63,997 nt of DNA, filler included, from an uncultured Methanosarcinales archaeon (GCA_964434475.1; 3 parts of 3 records of this genome joined end to end with filler, not necessarily neighbours in it), one strand, 5' to 3'; positions 21,400-31,955 are shown, numbered from the whole stretch's first letter. A program made the numbers and translations. Notes: generated by a model not told the origin, from the sequence alone.

Positions 21400-21493
21400 A
21401 AGAGATATAATGAAACATCTGGTTTAATAATATTGTTGTAAAAGAGAATATATGTCAATAGTTTGTGATCACCACTGTTCAATACAGTAAAAA

Positions 21494-21562
21494 ATATTAA
21501 AATATTTTTTGTGTCTTAAAAATCTCTGATTTTTATGAAATCAGGGGCATTAAAAATATAAA
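21494..21562. repeat. Dispersed repeat (family C), second copy at 49491-49559
   Basis: ATATTAAAATATTTTTTGTGTCTTAAAAATCTCTGATTTTTATGA.ATCAG near-identical in both places; internal TAAAAATC/GATTTTTA palindrome. Confidence 0.85.
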
Positions 21563-21579
21563 AATAAAAAAAACAAGAA

Positions 21580-23868
21580 TCAGCCGTAGTAACTAGGCTT
21601 CTCTTTTTCCATCTCTTTTGCTTTAGCTGATGTAAACTGTTTTTTCAAGTTTTTGTATGCGTCATTTATCTCTTTTGTTATGCTTGGAGCGATAGACTGC
21701 ATAGCCTGCTCAAAATTTTTCATACTTACCTCTTTGGATTTAATATCTTCCCTTAATGCAAGCATAGCAGATTCTCTGCATATAGCTTCTATGTCTGCAC
21801 CTGAACAACCATCGCAGTCTTTCGACAGTTTTTTAATGTCGACATCTTTTGCCAAAGGCATAGTGCTTGTGTGAAGCTCAAAAATCTTCTGTCTTGTATC
21901 TAAGTCAGGAGCCTCTACAAGTATTATCCTGTCAAACCTGCCAGGCCTTAACAAGGCTGTATCGAGCATATCGGGACGATTGGTTGCAGCAATAACAACA
22001 ACATCATGCAATTCTTCCAAACCATCCATCTCGGTCAAAATCTGGTTGACAACACGCTGAGAAACCTGACTGTCTGAACTTAAACTTCTAGCAGGAGTTA
22101 TACTGTCTATTTCGTCAAAAAAGATTATTGTAGGAGAAGTTTGTCTGGCTTTCTTGAATACTTCTCTTACAGCTTTCTCTGATTCGCCTACCCATTTGCT
22201 CAAAACTTCAGGGCCTTTAACAAGTATAAAATTCGCATCTGATTCGTTTGCTACTGCTTTTGCAAGCAGCGTCTTTCCTGTACCAGGTGCTCCATAAAGC
22301 AAAATGCCCTTAGGAGGTTTTATGCCCAATCTGCTGAATACTTCGGGTTTTTTCAAAGGCCATTCAACAGCTTCCTTCAATTCCTGTTTGACAGTCTCTA
22401 ATCCACCTATATCTTTCCATTCAAGGCTCGGCACTTCAACTAAAACTTCTCTCATAGCACTAGGTCTTACAACCTTTAAAGCTTCCTTGAAATCATCATG
22501 ATTTATGATAAGTTTTTCTAAAAACTCTTTTGGCAGTTTGCCTTCCTCTTTTGTATTTAGGTCAGGAAGCAGTTTTCTTAATCTCACCATAGCAGCCTCT
22601 TTTGCTAAAGAAGATAGATCTGCGCCAACAAAACCATAAGTTATTTCTGCTAAAGACTTTAACTTTACATTTTTTTCTATAGGCATATATCTCGTATGTA
22701 TCTTTAATACGTTAAGCCTGCCTTCTTTACTCGGAACACCTATTTCTAGCTCTCTATCAAATCTTCCGGGCCGTCTAAGAGCAGGGTCTATTGCATTAGG
22801 GATGTTTGTTGCAGCTATAACGATAACCTTGCCTCTTGATTTCAAACCATCCATCAATGAAAGCAATTGTGCTACAACCCTTCTTTCAACCTCTCCTTTA
22901 CTTTCTTCACGCTTAGGAGCGATAGCGTCTATCTCATCTATAAATATGATAGAAGGAGAGTTTTTTTCAGCTTCATCAAATATTTTTCTAAGGTTTTCCT
23001 CGCTTTGACCGTAGAATTTTGACATTATTTCAGGACCGTTTATAACCTTAAAATTGGCATTGGTCTCATTTGCAACAGCCTTAGCAAGCAAGGTTTTTCC
23101 AGTTCCAGGAGGACCGTGAAGCAAGACGCCTTTAGGAGGTTCTATACCGAGCCTCTCAAAAACTTCAGGATGCTTAAGAGGGAGTTCAATCATCTCTCGT
23201 ATCTTTTTTATCTCCTCATCCAATCCACCTATATCTTCATAAGTCACGTCAAGCATCTTTTCTTCTGCAACTTCAACAGCTTCAGGGTTAAGCACTATTT
23301 CTGTGTTGCCTGTAATAGTCACTGCAACATTCTTTGGCTGTAAGTCTGCAACTATAAACTTTATATCACCAAAACCAAAACCCATCATACTCTCATCAAG
23401 CATATCAAATATATCATTAAAGAAAGGGCTATGGCTTGTTGTAGTCTTTCTTCTTTTTGCACCGCCTAAAGAGACTATGTCGCCTTTGACAGCCACCCTG
23501 CCTAACAAACCTTGCTTAAATGTTCCAGGGCTTGCTCTTACTACTATGCCTTTTTGAGCTGGAGCGATGATTATCTTTTTAGCTTCCTTCACTTCTGCTT
23601 TCCTTACACTGACCATCTCTCCTATTCCGGTCTTAGCATTTCTCCTCACTATACCATCCATACGTATCAGATTTAATCCTATATCTCCTGGATATGCCCT
23701 ATCTGCTATAGCCACTGTTCTTCTATCGCCTTCAATCTCAACAATATCTCCAGGTCTTATGCCTAACTGATGCATAAAACTAGTGTCTATCCTTACTATG
23801 CCTTTATTTACATCGTCCTGTACAGCTTCATGAACTTTTAATTGTAATTGTTTTGGTTTGTCAGCCAT
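21580..23868 (-). CDS. cdc48: CDC48/VCP family AAA ATPase
   Basis: N-domain plus two AAA modules ([16 protein letters not shown]), [11 protein letters not shown]-terminal YYG. Confidence 0.97.
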   Translation of the reverse strand: MADKPKQLQLKVHEAVQDDVNKGIVRIDTSFMHQLGIRPGDIVEIEGDRRTVAIADRAYPGDIGLNLIRMDGIVRRNAKTGIGEMVSVRKAEVKEAKKIIIAPAQKGIVVRASPGTFKQGLLGRVAVKGDIVSLGGAKRRKTTTSHSPFFNDIFDMLDESMMGFGFGDIKFIVADLQPKNVAVTITGNTEIVLNPEAVEVAEEKMLDVTYEDIGGLDEEIKKIREMIELPLKHPEVFERLGIEPPKGVLLHGPPGTGKTLLAKAVANETNANFKVINGPEIMSKFYGQSEENLRKIFDEAEKNSPSIIFIDEIDAIAPKREESKGEVERRVVAQLLSLMDGLKSRGKVIVIAATNIPNAIDPALRRPGRFDRELEIGVPSKEGRLNVLKIHTRYMPIEKNVKLKSLAEITYGFVGADLSSLAKEAAMVRLRKLLPDLNTKEEGKLPKEFLEKLIINHDDFKEALKVVRPSAMREVLVEVPSLEWKDIGGLETVKQELKEAVEWPLKKPEVFSRLGIKPPKGILLYGAPGTGKTLLAKAVANESDANFILVKGPEVLSKWVGESEKAVREVFKKARQTSPTIIFFDEIDSITPARSLSSDSQVSQRVVNQILTEMDGLEELHDVVVIAATNRPDMLDTALLRPGRFDRIILVEAPDLDTRQKIFELHTSTMPLAKDVDIKKLSKDCDGCSGADIEAICRESAMLALREDIKSKEVSMKNFEQAMQSIAPSITKEINDAYKNLKKQFTSAKAKEMEKEKPSYYG

Positions 23869-23929
23869 CTTTTAATCACCTTACATTGTATCAAGAAATA
23901 TAATAAAAAATAAAAAACTTACCTATATT

Positions 23930-24376
23930 TTAGCCAATATATGTTTGTGTTGCCTTCTGATCCATATTAACTTTAGGCAATGGAACCGGAGGTGGAAGAT
24001 TAAATTCTTGGCTCAGTTTAAGAGATTCTATATTGCATTTGCTCAAGCAGGTATTCAATACCTGAAGCATCACTTCTTTAGGCATCTTTTTCTCTTTTTT
24101 CCATTGATCGTGGTATTTCTTGATGTTCTTTGCTTCATCAACCCACACTATCTCTCCGCCCAACTCTATAACAGCCAGATCCTTCTTCGCATCATCCATA
24201 TATTTTGTATTGAATTCAAAAATAAATCTCAATCCGTCCTGTTCACTCTTGCCGAGAACAAGTTTCTTTTTCTCTACATCTTTAATAGAAACATTGTTTG
24301 AAATATTGATCTTGCCTTTAAGCATATTCTTTATCTCAGCATTGATCTTTAAAAAATTAAATCCTACGATACCCAT
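23930..24376 (-). CDS. Hypothetical protein upstream of cdc48
   Basis: ATG 24376 preceded by AGGTGG; C-terminal LPPPVPLP. Confidence 0.7.
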   Translation of the reverse strand: MGIVGFNFLKINAEIKNMLKGKINISNNVSIKDVEKKKLVLGKSEQDGLRFIFEFNTKYMDDAKKDLAVIELGGEIVWVDEAKNIKKYHDQWKKEKKMPKEVMLQVLNTCLSKCNIESLKLSQEFNLPPPVPLPKVNMDQKATQTYIG

Positions 24377-24472
24377 AAATACCACCTTTTATCCAAAATC
24401 AAGCACTGTTATTTAAATATTATTGATTTTAAAAAGCAAAATAATATAAATATGCCTTTTTTCTACTACCTT

Positions 24473-24523
24473 ATGACTAATTTCAGAAGTTTATTTGACA
24501 CTGTAAGCGCTTCTGGCAGATAG
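24473..24523 (+). promoter_or_regulatory. Candidate leader (16-codon uORF plus hairpin) of the polyamine operon
   Basis: ORF MTNFRSLFDTVSASGR* downstream of TATAAATA; stem TCAGAAGT/GCTTCTGG; T-rich tract follows. Confidence 0.35.
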
Positions 24524-24559
24524 AGTTCTTTTTAGATATTTTTAGAGGTTATTTTTAAG

Positions 24560-25894
24560 ATGCAAATAAAAATAAATCATGGACATGGAAATCATCTCAT
24601 AATAGATGTTTTTGGATGCGATAAAAATCTTGACGACAAGGACAATATACAAAAATTATTAGAAAATCTACCAGAAAATATAGGAATGAAAAGGATATCT
24701 GAAGCGTTTGTAATGCAGTATGATTCTCAAGATAATGAAGAATCAGGGATTACTGGTTTTGTCATACTTGCCGAAAGCCATATTTCCATACATACATATC
24801 CTAAAAAAGAGTTTGCAAGCATTGACATATTCAGCTGTAAAGAATTCGACTATAATGCCGCTTCTGAAAAAATAAAGCAATTCTTCAGTGCTGAAAAAGC
24901 AGAACAAAAGTTGATATCGAGAGGGCACAGCGAACTATTTGACGCAGACAATAAACTAAGCAAAATAAAAGGACCAATTATCGACGAAGATAACAAAATT
25001 ATAGACTTGATGAAGGATATGAAAAACATAGGTTTTCAAGCTACGCATCTTGGACAAAGCTTAGAAGTTCTAAAGAAAATCAAAGAATCAGACGCTACTT
25101 TGTTCTTGAGCTTCACATCAAATATGGTTAGTTCAGGATTAAGAGAAATCTTTGCGCAGATGGTTAAAGATAACATGGTTGATGTGATTATCACTTCTGC
25201 AGGAGCTGTAGAAGAGGATATAATGAAAAGCAAAAAAGATTTTCTTCTAGGAGATTTTAATGTTTCAGATATAGAACTGCATAAAAAAGGGATAAACAGG
25301 ATAGGCAATATATTTGTGCCTGACGACAGATATGAATTGTTGGAAGATATTTTGATGCCTTTTTTCAACAATATGATGAAAAAGCAGAAAAAAGAAAACA
25401 AATTAATTTCTCCTTCTCAACTTATCTTTGAATTAGGCAAAAGCATAGAAGACGATAAATCTATCTTATATTGGGCATCAAAAAATAACATCCCTATATA
25501 TTGTCCAGGAATTACAGACGGAGCATTGGGATTACAGCTATACTTCTTCAAACAAAAAAACCAAGAATTTGGGATTGATGTCACAGCAGACATGAAAGAT
25601 TTAGCAGATAAAATATTGCTTGCAGATAAAACAGCAGGGATAATATTAGGAGGAGGCATTGCAAAACATCATCTAATAGGCGTAAATATACTGCGAGAAG
25701 GCTTGGATTATGCTATATATGTGACAACATCTTCTGAGGGTGATGGTTCATTATCAGGCGCAAGACCTAAAGAGGCTAAATCGTGGAGTAAACTTAAAGA
25801 AGAAGGAAATAATGTTTGCATAGAAGGAGATGCAACAATAATTTTTCCTTTGATTGCACATTCAATGAAAAAAATATGGTGCGAATATGAATGA
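24560..25894 (+). CDS. Fusion of pyruvoyl-dependent SpeD/SpeH-like decarboxylase and deoxyhypusine synthase
   Basis: N-terminal AESHISIHTYP..DIFSC; C-terminal GFQA, TSNMVSSGLRE, NRIGN, GGGIAKH, GSLSGARPKEAKSWSK. Confidence 0.9.
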   Translation: MQIKINHGHGNHLIIDVFGCDKNLDDKDNIQKLLENLPENIGMKRISEAFVMQYDSQDNEESGITGFVILAESHISIHTYPKKEFASIDIFSCKEFDYNAASEKIKQFFSAEKAEQKLISRGHSELFDADNKLSKIKGPIIDEDNKIIDLMKDMKNIGFQATHLGQSLEVLKKIKESDATLFLSFTSNMVSSGLREIFAQMVKDNMVDVIITSAGAVEEDIMKSKKDFLLGDFNVSDIELHKKGINRIGNIFVPDDRYELLEDILMPFFNNMMKKQKKENKLISPSQLIFELGKSIEDDKSILYWASKNNIPIYCPGITDGALGLQLYFFKQKNQEFGIDVTADMKDLADKILLADKTAGIILGGGIAKHHLIGVNILREGLDYAIYVTTSSEGDGSLSGARPKEAKSWSKLKEEGNNVCIEGDATIIFPLIAHSMKKIWCEYE

Positions 25895-26417
25895 TCTTGT
25901 TTTACTTTTGATAGCTGCGCTGCTTTCCGGAATAGCGGTAAAGTATGCAGATTATCTGGAAGACAGAAAAGAAAAAAGCAATACTTTTCTTAGGATAATG
26001 ATAGGCGTATTGTACGGGTCATTGCTTTATTCATGTCTTCATATATTTCCGCAATTGAAAGAGCTCTGGATAGGCATGATATTCGGATTGATAGTGACAG
26101 GAAAAATAGATGCGGTATCGCATTATATAGGAGTAAGCTTGTTTTTTATCCTATTGATATGGATCAAAGGACTTATTGTAATGAATTATTGGATTTTGTT
26201 CATGTTTATAGGAGCATGTATATTAGAAGAGAATCTTAATGAATATATGGATAAGGGCAAGATAGAAAAAAAGACATTAAGAAAAATAATTTCAATAAGA
26301 CCAATAGTAGAGATGGTTGCATTGATAGTCAGCATAATTACAGGGCTGTGGCCTATATGGTTTGCACTGCTAAGTTTTGATATTGGCTATGTAATAACAA
26401 GCAGGATAGAAAAATGA
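25887..26417 (+). CDS. Hypothetical membrane protein
   Basis: Multiple hydrophobic helices; overlaps both neighbours. Confidence 0.75.
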   Translation: MNDLVLLLIAALLSGIAVKYADYLEDRKEKSNTFLRIMIGVLYGSLLYSCLHIFPQLKELWIGMIFGLIVTGKIDAVSHYIGVSLFFILLIWIKGLIVMNYWILFMFIGACILEENLNEYMDKGKIEKKTLRKIISIRPIVEMVALIVSIITGLWPIWFALLSFDIGYVITSRIEK

Positions 26418-27256
26418 GTTGGATGAATCTGAACAAAGAATATAGTGGAGAAGCAAGCAAATATGTAATATTGCCAATAGAATATGAAAAAGATGTTACA
26501 TATGGCAAAGGAGCAAGTTCAGGAAGCAAAGCGATAATAGAAGCTTCAAAACATCTGGAATATTATGATGAGGAGTTTGACAAAGAGCCTTTTGTTGAAG
26601 GTATTAAATTAGCAGATAGTTTGAATTTGATTGCTAAAATACCAGAAAACATGGTTGATATTGTCGATAACAAAGTAAAAGAATTGAAAAATAAGTTTGT
26701 GATAGGGTTAGGCGGAGATCATGCAGTTTCTATAGGCATGATTAAAGGCATGGAAGCGGAGCATGGTGATTTTTCCGTTATTGTATTGGATGCGCACAGC
26801 GATTTCAGGGATAGCTGGAACAATTCTAGCTTGAATCATGCATGTGTTTCTAAACAAATATCAAAGAAACATTCACTTGCAATTATAGGAGTAAGATCAA
26901 TGGACATAGATGAAGCAAAAGAGATTGATGAAAAAAAAGATGTTCATCTGATAAAAGCTTATGATTTGGATATTGAAAAACTTGATAAGGTAATTGACAA
27001 GTTGAAAGATAAGGTTTACATATCAATAGATGTCGATGTATTTGATCCTTCATTTATTCGCAACACAGGAACACCAGAACCAGGGGGATTTTCTTGGAAC
27101 AAAGTTATTGGAATACTTAAGACAATATTTGATAACAAGCAAGTGATTGGATGCGATATTGTTGAGTTTGCGCCAAAAGTAAATTATGAAGCAGAAGCTT
27201 ATGCTTTGGCAAAACTAGCATACAAGATAATGGCTTTGAAAAAACAACAATTATAA
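26414..27256 (+). CDS. speB: Agmatinase (ureohydrolase family)
   Basis: GGDHAV, DAHSD, SIDVDVFDP, TGTPEPGG. Confidence 0.93.
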   Translation: MSWMNLNKEYSGEASKYVILPIEYEKDVTYGKGASSGSKAIIEASKHLEYYDEEFDKEPFVEGIKLADSLNLIAKIPENMVDIVDNKVKELKNKFVIGLGGDHAVSIGMIKGMEAEHGDFSVIVLDAHSDFRDSWNNSSLNHACVSKQISKKHSLAIIGVRSMDIDEAKEIDEKKDVHLIKAYDLDIEKLDKVIDKLKDKVYISIDVDVFDPSFIRNTGTPEPGGFSWNKVIGILKTIFDNKQVIGCDIVEFAPKVNYEAEAYALAKLAYKIMALKKQQL

Positions 27257-27281
27257 ATGGATAAAGGATGTATAAATCAAA

Positions 27282-28058
27282 ATGTTAATAGATGTGCATA
27301 CGCATTTGGATCATGAAATGTTTAAAGAGGATTTAGATGAAGTTATTTCTCGAGCTAAAGAAGCAAGCGTTAAAATCGTGATTACAAATGGCATAAATCC
27401 AGAAACTAATCGCATAAGTTTAGATTTGACTAGAAAATATGATATTATCAAATGCGCAATGGGAATCTATCCTATAGATGCACTGCAGAAAGAGATTGAA
27501 TCTGGAGAATATCCATTATCTAAGCAAGAGTTTGATGTTGATAAAGAAATTGACTTTATCAAAGAAAATAAGGAAAATATTGTTGCCATAGGAGAAGTAG
27601 GTATGGATGGAAAATTTGGCAAAGACATGAAGATGCAAGAAGATGTGTTTGAAAAGATGATATTGCTTGCTAAAGAACTTGATTTACCGATAATAGTACA
27701 TTCTCGTAAAGCTGAAGAGAAATGTATAGAATTGCTTGAAAAACACAAGATGAAAAAAGTTATCATGCATTGCTTTGGCGGCAAAAAAAGATTAGTCAAA
27801 AAAATAATAGAAAACAGATGGTATTTTTCTATACCATGCAATTGCGTAAGAAGTCATCATTTCCAGAATATGATAGGAATGGTCAATATAAATCAACTGT
27901 TGACAGAAACAGATGCACCATATCTTTCACCTTATGCTAATAAGCGTAATGAACCTGCTTTTGTTCGCGAAACTATCAAGAAGATTGCAGAGATAAAAGG
28001 ATTTACTGAAGAAGAAGTTGAAAGGAATATTTTTCTTAATTATCAAAGGTTGTTCTAA
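27282..28058 (+). CDS. tatD: TatD family nuclease
   Basis: DVHTHL, IGEVGMD, VHSR, MHCF, TETDAPY. Confidence 0.95.
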   Translation: MLIDVHTHLDHEMFKEDLDEVISRAKEASVKIVITNGINPETNRISLDLTRKYDIIKCAMGIYPIDALQKEIESGEYPLSKQEFDVDKEIDFIKENKENIVAIGEVGMDGKFGKDMKMQEDVFEKMILLAKELDLPIIVHSRKAEEKCIELLEKHKMKKVIMHCFGGKKRLVKKIIENRWYFSIPCNCVRSHHFQNMIGMVNINQLLTETDAPYLSPYANKRNEPAFVRETIKKIAEIKGFTEEEVERNIFLNYQRLF

Positions 28059-28543
28059 AGATAAAGCTTTAGAGTATATAAAGGAAATTCAGTCTTTTCT
28101 AATTTAGATTTGTCATTTAAATAATCCAAACTTGTTTTGAAATAATCAAGATACTCAGAAAATATAAAAGAAGATAGATAACCCGCTGCAGCAATACAAG
28201 ATTCAAAAAAAGTAATCTTATTAGGTCCTAATTCTTGATCAATACCGGCAAATTTCAATTCCGATGAGTTTGTTCTTATAGAATATATCTTCTCATATAA
28301 CAAAGGCATAAAAATAGCTTCATCAGTTCTTGAAGCTAACTGGTTATCTATATAATCATTATAGTGTAAATAAGAATCAATAAAATAACACAAATCAAAT
28401 TTATCGGGATTTTTAATAGTATATGTCTCTTTTTGATCATTAACCATAAGAGTCAATGATTCTTCAGAGTATCTTTCAAGCAACTTTTCTGCTATTAATG
28501 GAATTGTTCCTTCATATTCTGTCTTTTGCATTATTTGGGTCAT
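28055..28543 (-). CDS. Hypothetical protein
   Basis: 162-aa ORF with no recognised motif. Confidence 0.55.
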   Translation of the reverse strand: MTQIMQKTEYEGTIPLIAEKLLERYSEESLTLMVNDQKETYTIKNPDKFDLCYFIDSYLHYNDYIDNQLASRTDEAIFMPLLYEKIYSIRTNSSELKFAGIDQELGPNKITFFESCIAAAGYLSSFIFSEYLDYFKTSLDYLNDKSKLEKTEFPLYTLKLYL

Positions 28544-28626
28544 AAATAGATCAATTATAAATCTTACTCAATTCTCACTGGAGTTGTGCAGATTTAAACT
28601 CTAGCCTTGGCTAAACCTCTAAATAT

Positions 28627-28726
28627 NNNNNNNNNNNNNNNNNNNNNNNNNNNNNNNNNNNNNNNNNNNNTTAATTAATTAANNNNNNNNNNNNNNNNNN
28701 NNNNNNNNNNNNNNNNNNNNNNNNNN
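28627..28726. other. Artificial contig linker (Ns with TTAATTAATTAA)
   Basis: 100 nt of N with a six-frame stop cassette. Confidence 0.98.
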
Positions 28727-28781
28727 TCAAGTAGATATATAGAGTTTACGTTTTTGCTAATTTTGCAAAGTTCCCTAAATA
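28727..28781. repeat. 55-bp repeat identical to 1-55
   Basis: Exact match. Confidence 0.85.
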
Positions 28782-28851
28782 TATTTCAAAGGATTTGAAT
28801 GTTCCAAAAGTCTTATGCTCTAAATCAAGATTTGCTTTGAATTTATTGAAG

Positions 28852-28945
28852 CACTGGACAAATATACATGTCCAGTGTATATTACCTGAATTATTGCTTC
28901 TCAAGCTTTTTACTTCATCCAAGATACCACTGGACACACTGGACA
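28852..28945. promoter_or_regulatory. Four copies of the 9-mer CACTGGACA (ORB-like or operator array)
   Basis: Copies at 28852 (+), 28869 (-), 28928 (+), 28937 (+). Confidence 0.6.
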
Positions 28946-29047
28946 GGTGTGCGCGTGAGATATATAAAGAGATAATGACAATATATATTGTATGTTGCTA
29001 ATAAATTTATGTCAAAAATAAAATAATGTATATGGGCGGTGATAAAA

Positions 29048-29521
29048 ATGAAAGAAATAATTTCAAAACAATTAGTATCAAGAGACACTCCATTAAATGA
29101 ATTAACACTAAGAAGATATGAGAAACCAAACAATCTTGGGCATAGAGCACTTATAAAAAAACTTTGCCTAAGCATAGGCTTGCTGCAGCCAGGAGATTCA
29201 AGAGACATTATAGTAGATATATTATATATTATGCTGCAATCCAGAGAAGAATTACCAAGCGAAGAGATAAGATTAAGGGTTGTAGATTATAGAAAACAGA
29301 ATAAATTGCCATTGAACGGAGTCGCATCAAGCAATATAAGGCGGCAGTTAAAACGTCTAAGAGAGATATTTCTTCTAGAAAAAGTAGCTAATAAATATAG
29401 GATATATGAAAATGCTGAACTAACACAAACATTTGAAGAAAAATTGGAAACATATCTATTAAAAAGCATAATAACAAGGGTTAAGGATTACTATAAACAA
29501 GTGGATAGCATGTTTAACTGA
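29048..29521 (+). CDS. Hypothetical protein, probable winged-HTH DNA-binding protein
   Basis: GGTGAT RBS before ATG 29048; SNIRRQLKRLREIFLLEK..YR resembles a wHTH. Confidence 0.65.
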   Translation: MKEIISKQLVSRDTPLNELTLRRYEKPNNLGHRALIKKLCLSIGLLQPGDSRDIIVDILYIMLQSREELPSEEIRLRVVDYRKQNKLPLNGVASSNIRRQLKRLREIFLLEKVANKYRIYENAELTQTFEEKLETYLLKSIITRVKDYYKQVDSMFN

Positions 29522-29652
29522 AAATAATTACAATTTTATTATTTATATTTGTATAGATTCTTATATTAATTGTGTGATTTATTTAGCCACACATAAGCAC
29601 AACTTCAAAACATATATATATCCAAACCAAAATTCTTAATAATGTGATAATT

Positions 29653-30861
29653 ATGTCAGTATTTGAAAACGCTTTGCAACAGATGAATGATGCACAAAAC
29701 ATTGCAAGAATTCCGCATTATAAGATTGAAATCCTTAAAAAACCACAAAGACTACATGAAGTAAACATACCTGTAAAGCTTGATTCTGAAGAAGTTAAGA
29801 TATTCACAGGCTATAGAAGCCAGCATAACAATAGCAGAGGACCGTATAAAGGCGGAATAAGATATCATCCTAATGTTACTTTGGATGAAGTTAAGGCATT
29901 ATCTTTTTGGATGACTTTTAAATGCGCTGTAATAGACATCCCTCTTGGAGGAGGAAAGGGAGGGATAATAGTGAATCCAAAAGAATTAAGCCCTGCTGAA
30001 ATCGAAAGGCTTTCAAGAGGATATGTTCAACAACTTTATCCTAATTTAGGTTCTAAGATTGATGTGCCTGCTCCTGATGTATACACAAATGCACAAATCA
30101 TGGGCTATATGCTTGATGAGTATGAAAAGATTACAGGAAAAAAGGATCCTGGAATGATAACAGGCAAAAGCGTAGATAACAAAGGAAGTTTGGGCAGGGA
30201 TAAAGCAACTGCTATGGGTGGTTATTTTTTAATCAAAGAAGCAGTGAAAAAACTTGACATACACGGCAAAAAAGTTGCTATACAAGGCTTTGGTAATGCT
30301 GGAAGTGTAATGGCTGAACTATTATATGATGACGGATTCAATGTTGTTGCTGTATCAGACAGCAAAGCAGCAATACTTAATGAAAATGGGCTGGATATAC
30401 CTAAACTTATTCAACATAAAAAAGAATCAGGAAGCGTAAAAGGTTTTGCTGAATATATCTCCCAAGATAAATTGCTTGAACTTGATGTAGATATACTTGT
30501 GCCAGCAGCATTAGAGAACCAATTAACACAGGATAATGCAAAAAATATAAACGCAAACCTAATACTGGAATTGGCTAACGGTCCAACAACACCAGAAGCT
30601 GATGCAATTTTATTTGAAAAAAATAAGATAATTGTTCCAGACATTCTTTCTAATTCAGGAGGAGTTTGTGTAAGTTATTTTGAATGGTTCCAAAACGTGA
30701 ATAATGAAAAATGGGATCTTGAAAAAGTAAACTCTAATTTAAAAGAAAAGATTGTCAAATCTTTTGATGACATAAACGCGATAAGAAACGAGCAAAACAT
30801 TCCATTCAGGACAGCAGCTTATGTTTATGCATTAAAAAAATTAGATCAAGCTATCGAATGA
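29653..30861 (+). CDS. gdhA: Glutamate dehydrogenase (Glu/Leu/Phe/Val dehydrogenase family)
   Basis: GPYKGGIRY, GGGKGG, DVPAPD, IQGFGNAG, ELANGP, VSYFEW. Confidence 0.93.
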   Translation: MSVFENALQQMNDAQNIARIPHYKIEILKKPQRLHEVNIPVKLDSEEVKIFTGYRSQHNNSRGPYKGGIRYHPNVTLDEVKALSFWMTFKCAVIDIPLGGGKGGIIVNPKELSPAEIERLSRGYVQQLYPNLGSKIDVPAPDVYTNAQIMGYMLDEYEKITGKKDPGMITGKSVDNKGSLGRDKATAMGGYFLIKEAVKKLDIHGKKVAIQGFGNAGSVMAELLYDDGFNVVAVSDSKAAILNENGLDIPKLIQHKKESGSVKGFAEYISQDKLLELDVDILVPAALENQLTQDNAKNINANLILELANGPTTPEADAILFEKNKIIVPDILSNSGGVCVSYFEWFQNVNNEKWDLEKVNSNLKEKIVKSFDDINAIRNEQNIPFRTAAYVYALKKLDQAIE

Positions 30862-30871
30862 GGTGAATCAA

Positions 30872-31195
30872 ATGTTAGAATTAAACAAAGAAAATTTTGA
30901 ACAAGAAGTGCTAAAATCAGACATACCTGTTATCGTAGATTTTTGGGCGCCATGGTGCGGACCATGTAAGATGTTCGGACCAACTTTTGAAACTGTTTCA
31001 AAAGATCATGACGGAAAGATGAAGTTTGTGAAACTTAACACTGAGGAGAACCCTGAAATAGCTCAAGAGCACGGAATAAGAGGGATCCCTTGTCTAATTG
31101 TGTTTAATAAAGGCGAAGAGATAGAAAGAATAACAGGAGCTTATCCTGAACCTGCTTTCAGAAAAAAGATTGATGAGATTCTAAGCAATCTCTGA
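30872..31195 (+). CDS. trxA: Thioredoxin
   Basis: WCGPC; GAGGTGA RBS. Confidence 0.96.
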   Translation: MLELNKENFEQEVLKSDIPVIVDFWAPWCGPCKMFGPTFETVSKDHDGKMKFVKLNTEENPEIAQEHGIRGIPCLIVFNKGEEIERITGAYPEPAFRKKIDEILSNL

Positions 31196-31243
31196 ATTAT
31201 ATTTGAGTTATATTTTTAAATAATCTTAACTTTACAAGTTAAT

Positions 31244-31954
31244 ATGGACAACTTAAACAGAATAGTAGAAAACATACTTGAAAAAGATATATTTAACCTA
31301 AAGGAAGCATCTGAGCTTCTTGAGATGGATGAGAATGATCTTCTAAATGCTGTAAACAAAAAAGACATAAAATATCATTTTTTAAACAAAGATATAGCTT
31401 TTCATCCAAGAGATCTTGATGCATATTATAACAAAAAGAAGATATATGAAAAATATAAACCCCTGGCACCATATTTCTTTATACTTGAACAGCATAAGTT
31501 GTTAGAGGACTGTTTAAACGAATTTCATCTAAAAGAAGCTATGCAGATGAGGATAGCATTGAACAGATACAATAGGATAAGAGAAGATTATTTAGAGGAT
31601 TTTCAACTTACTAAAAGACAAAAGCAAAATGGCCTGCTTAATATTGAAGTGATGAGCAGATTAAGGATAGAACAGCCTACAATACTACATTCTATGATAT
31701 CTGAAAAACAGATAAAAACATTAAGAAACAAGAACAATCTGCTTTTAATCACAAAAAAATCATTTGAAAAATATCTTGGCAAGGATATAGATTATCTATA
31801 TTTAAACATAAGAGAGGTTTCTCAAAATATAACAAAGCCTGTGAAAAAAATTGCTAAAGCAGCACTTAAACAAAACTTAGGAAGAATGCTGCCAGGTAAT
31901 AATTATATATTTACAGAAGAAGAAGCATATATTATCCAAAATATCCTTACCTAA
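31244..31954 (+). CDS. Hypothetical protein with excisionase-like HTH repeats
   Basis: FNLKEASELLEM...DLDAY and similar downstream segments. Confidence 0.5.
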   Translation: MDNLNRIVENILEKDIFNLKEASELLEMDENDLLNAVNKKDIKYHFLNKDIAFHPRDLDAYYNKKKIYEKYKPLAPYFFILEQHKLLEDCLNEFHLKEAMQMRIALNRYNRIREDYLEDFQLTKRQKQNGLLNIEVMSRLRIEQPTILHSMISEKQIKTLRNKNNLLLITKKSFEKYLGKDIDYLYLNIREVSQNITKPVKKIAKAALKQNLGRMLPGNNYIFTEEEAYIIQNILT

Positions 31955-31955
31955 A

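Noticed and set aside
28671..28682. Palindrome TTAATTAATTAA inside the N runs (also 57222-57233)
   Set aside because: Artificial six-frame stop linker, not biological
28746..29208. Short ORFs 28746-28937, 28795-29001 and 28915-29208
   Set aside because: They overlap repeat or regulatory DNA or lie antisense to a better gene; no coding signature
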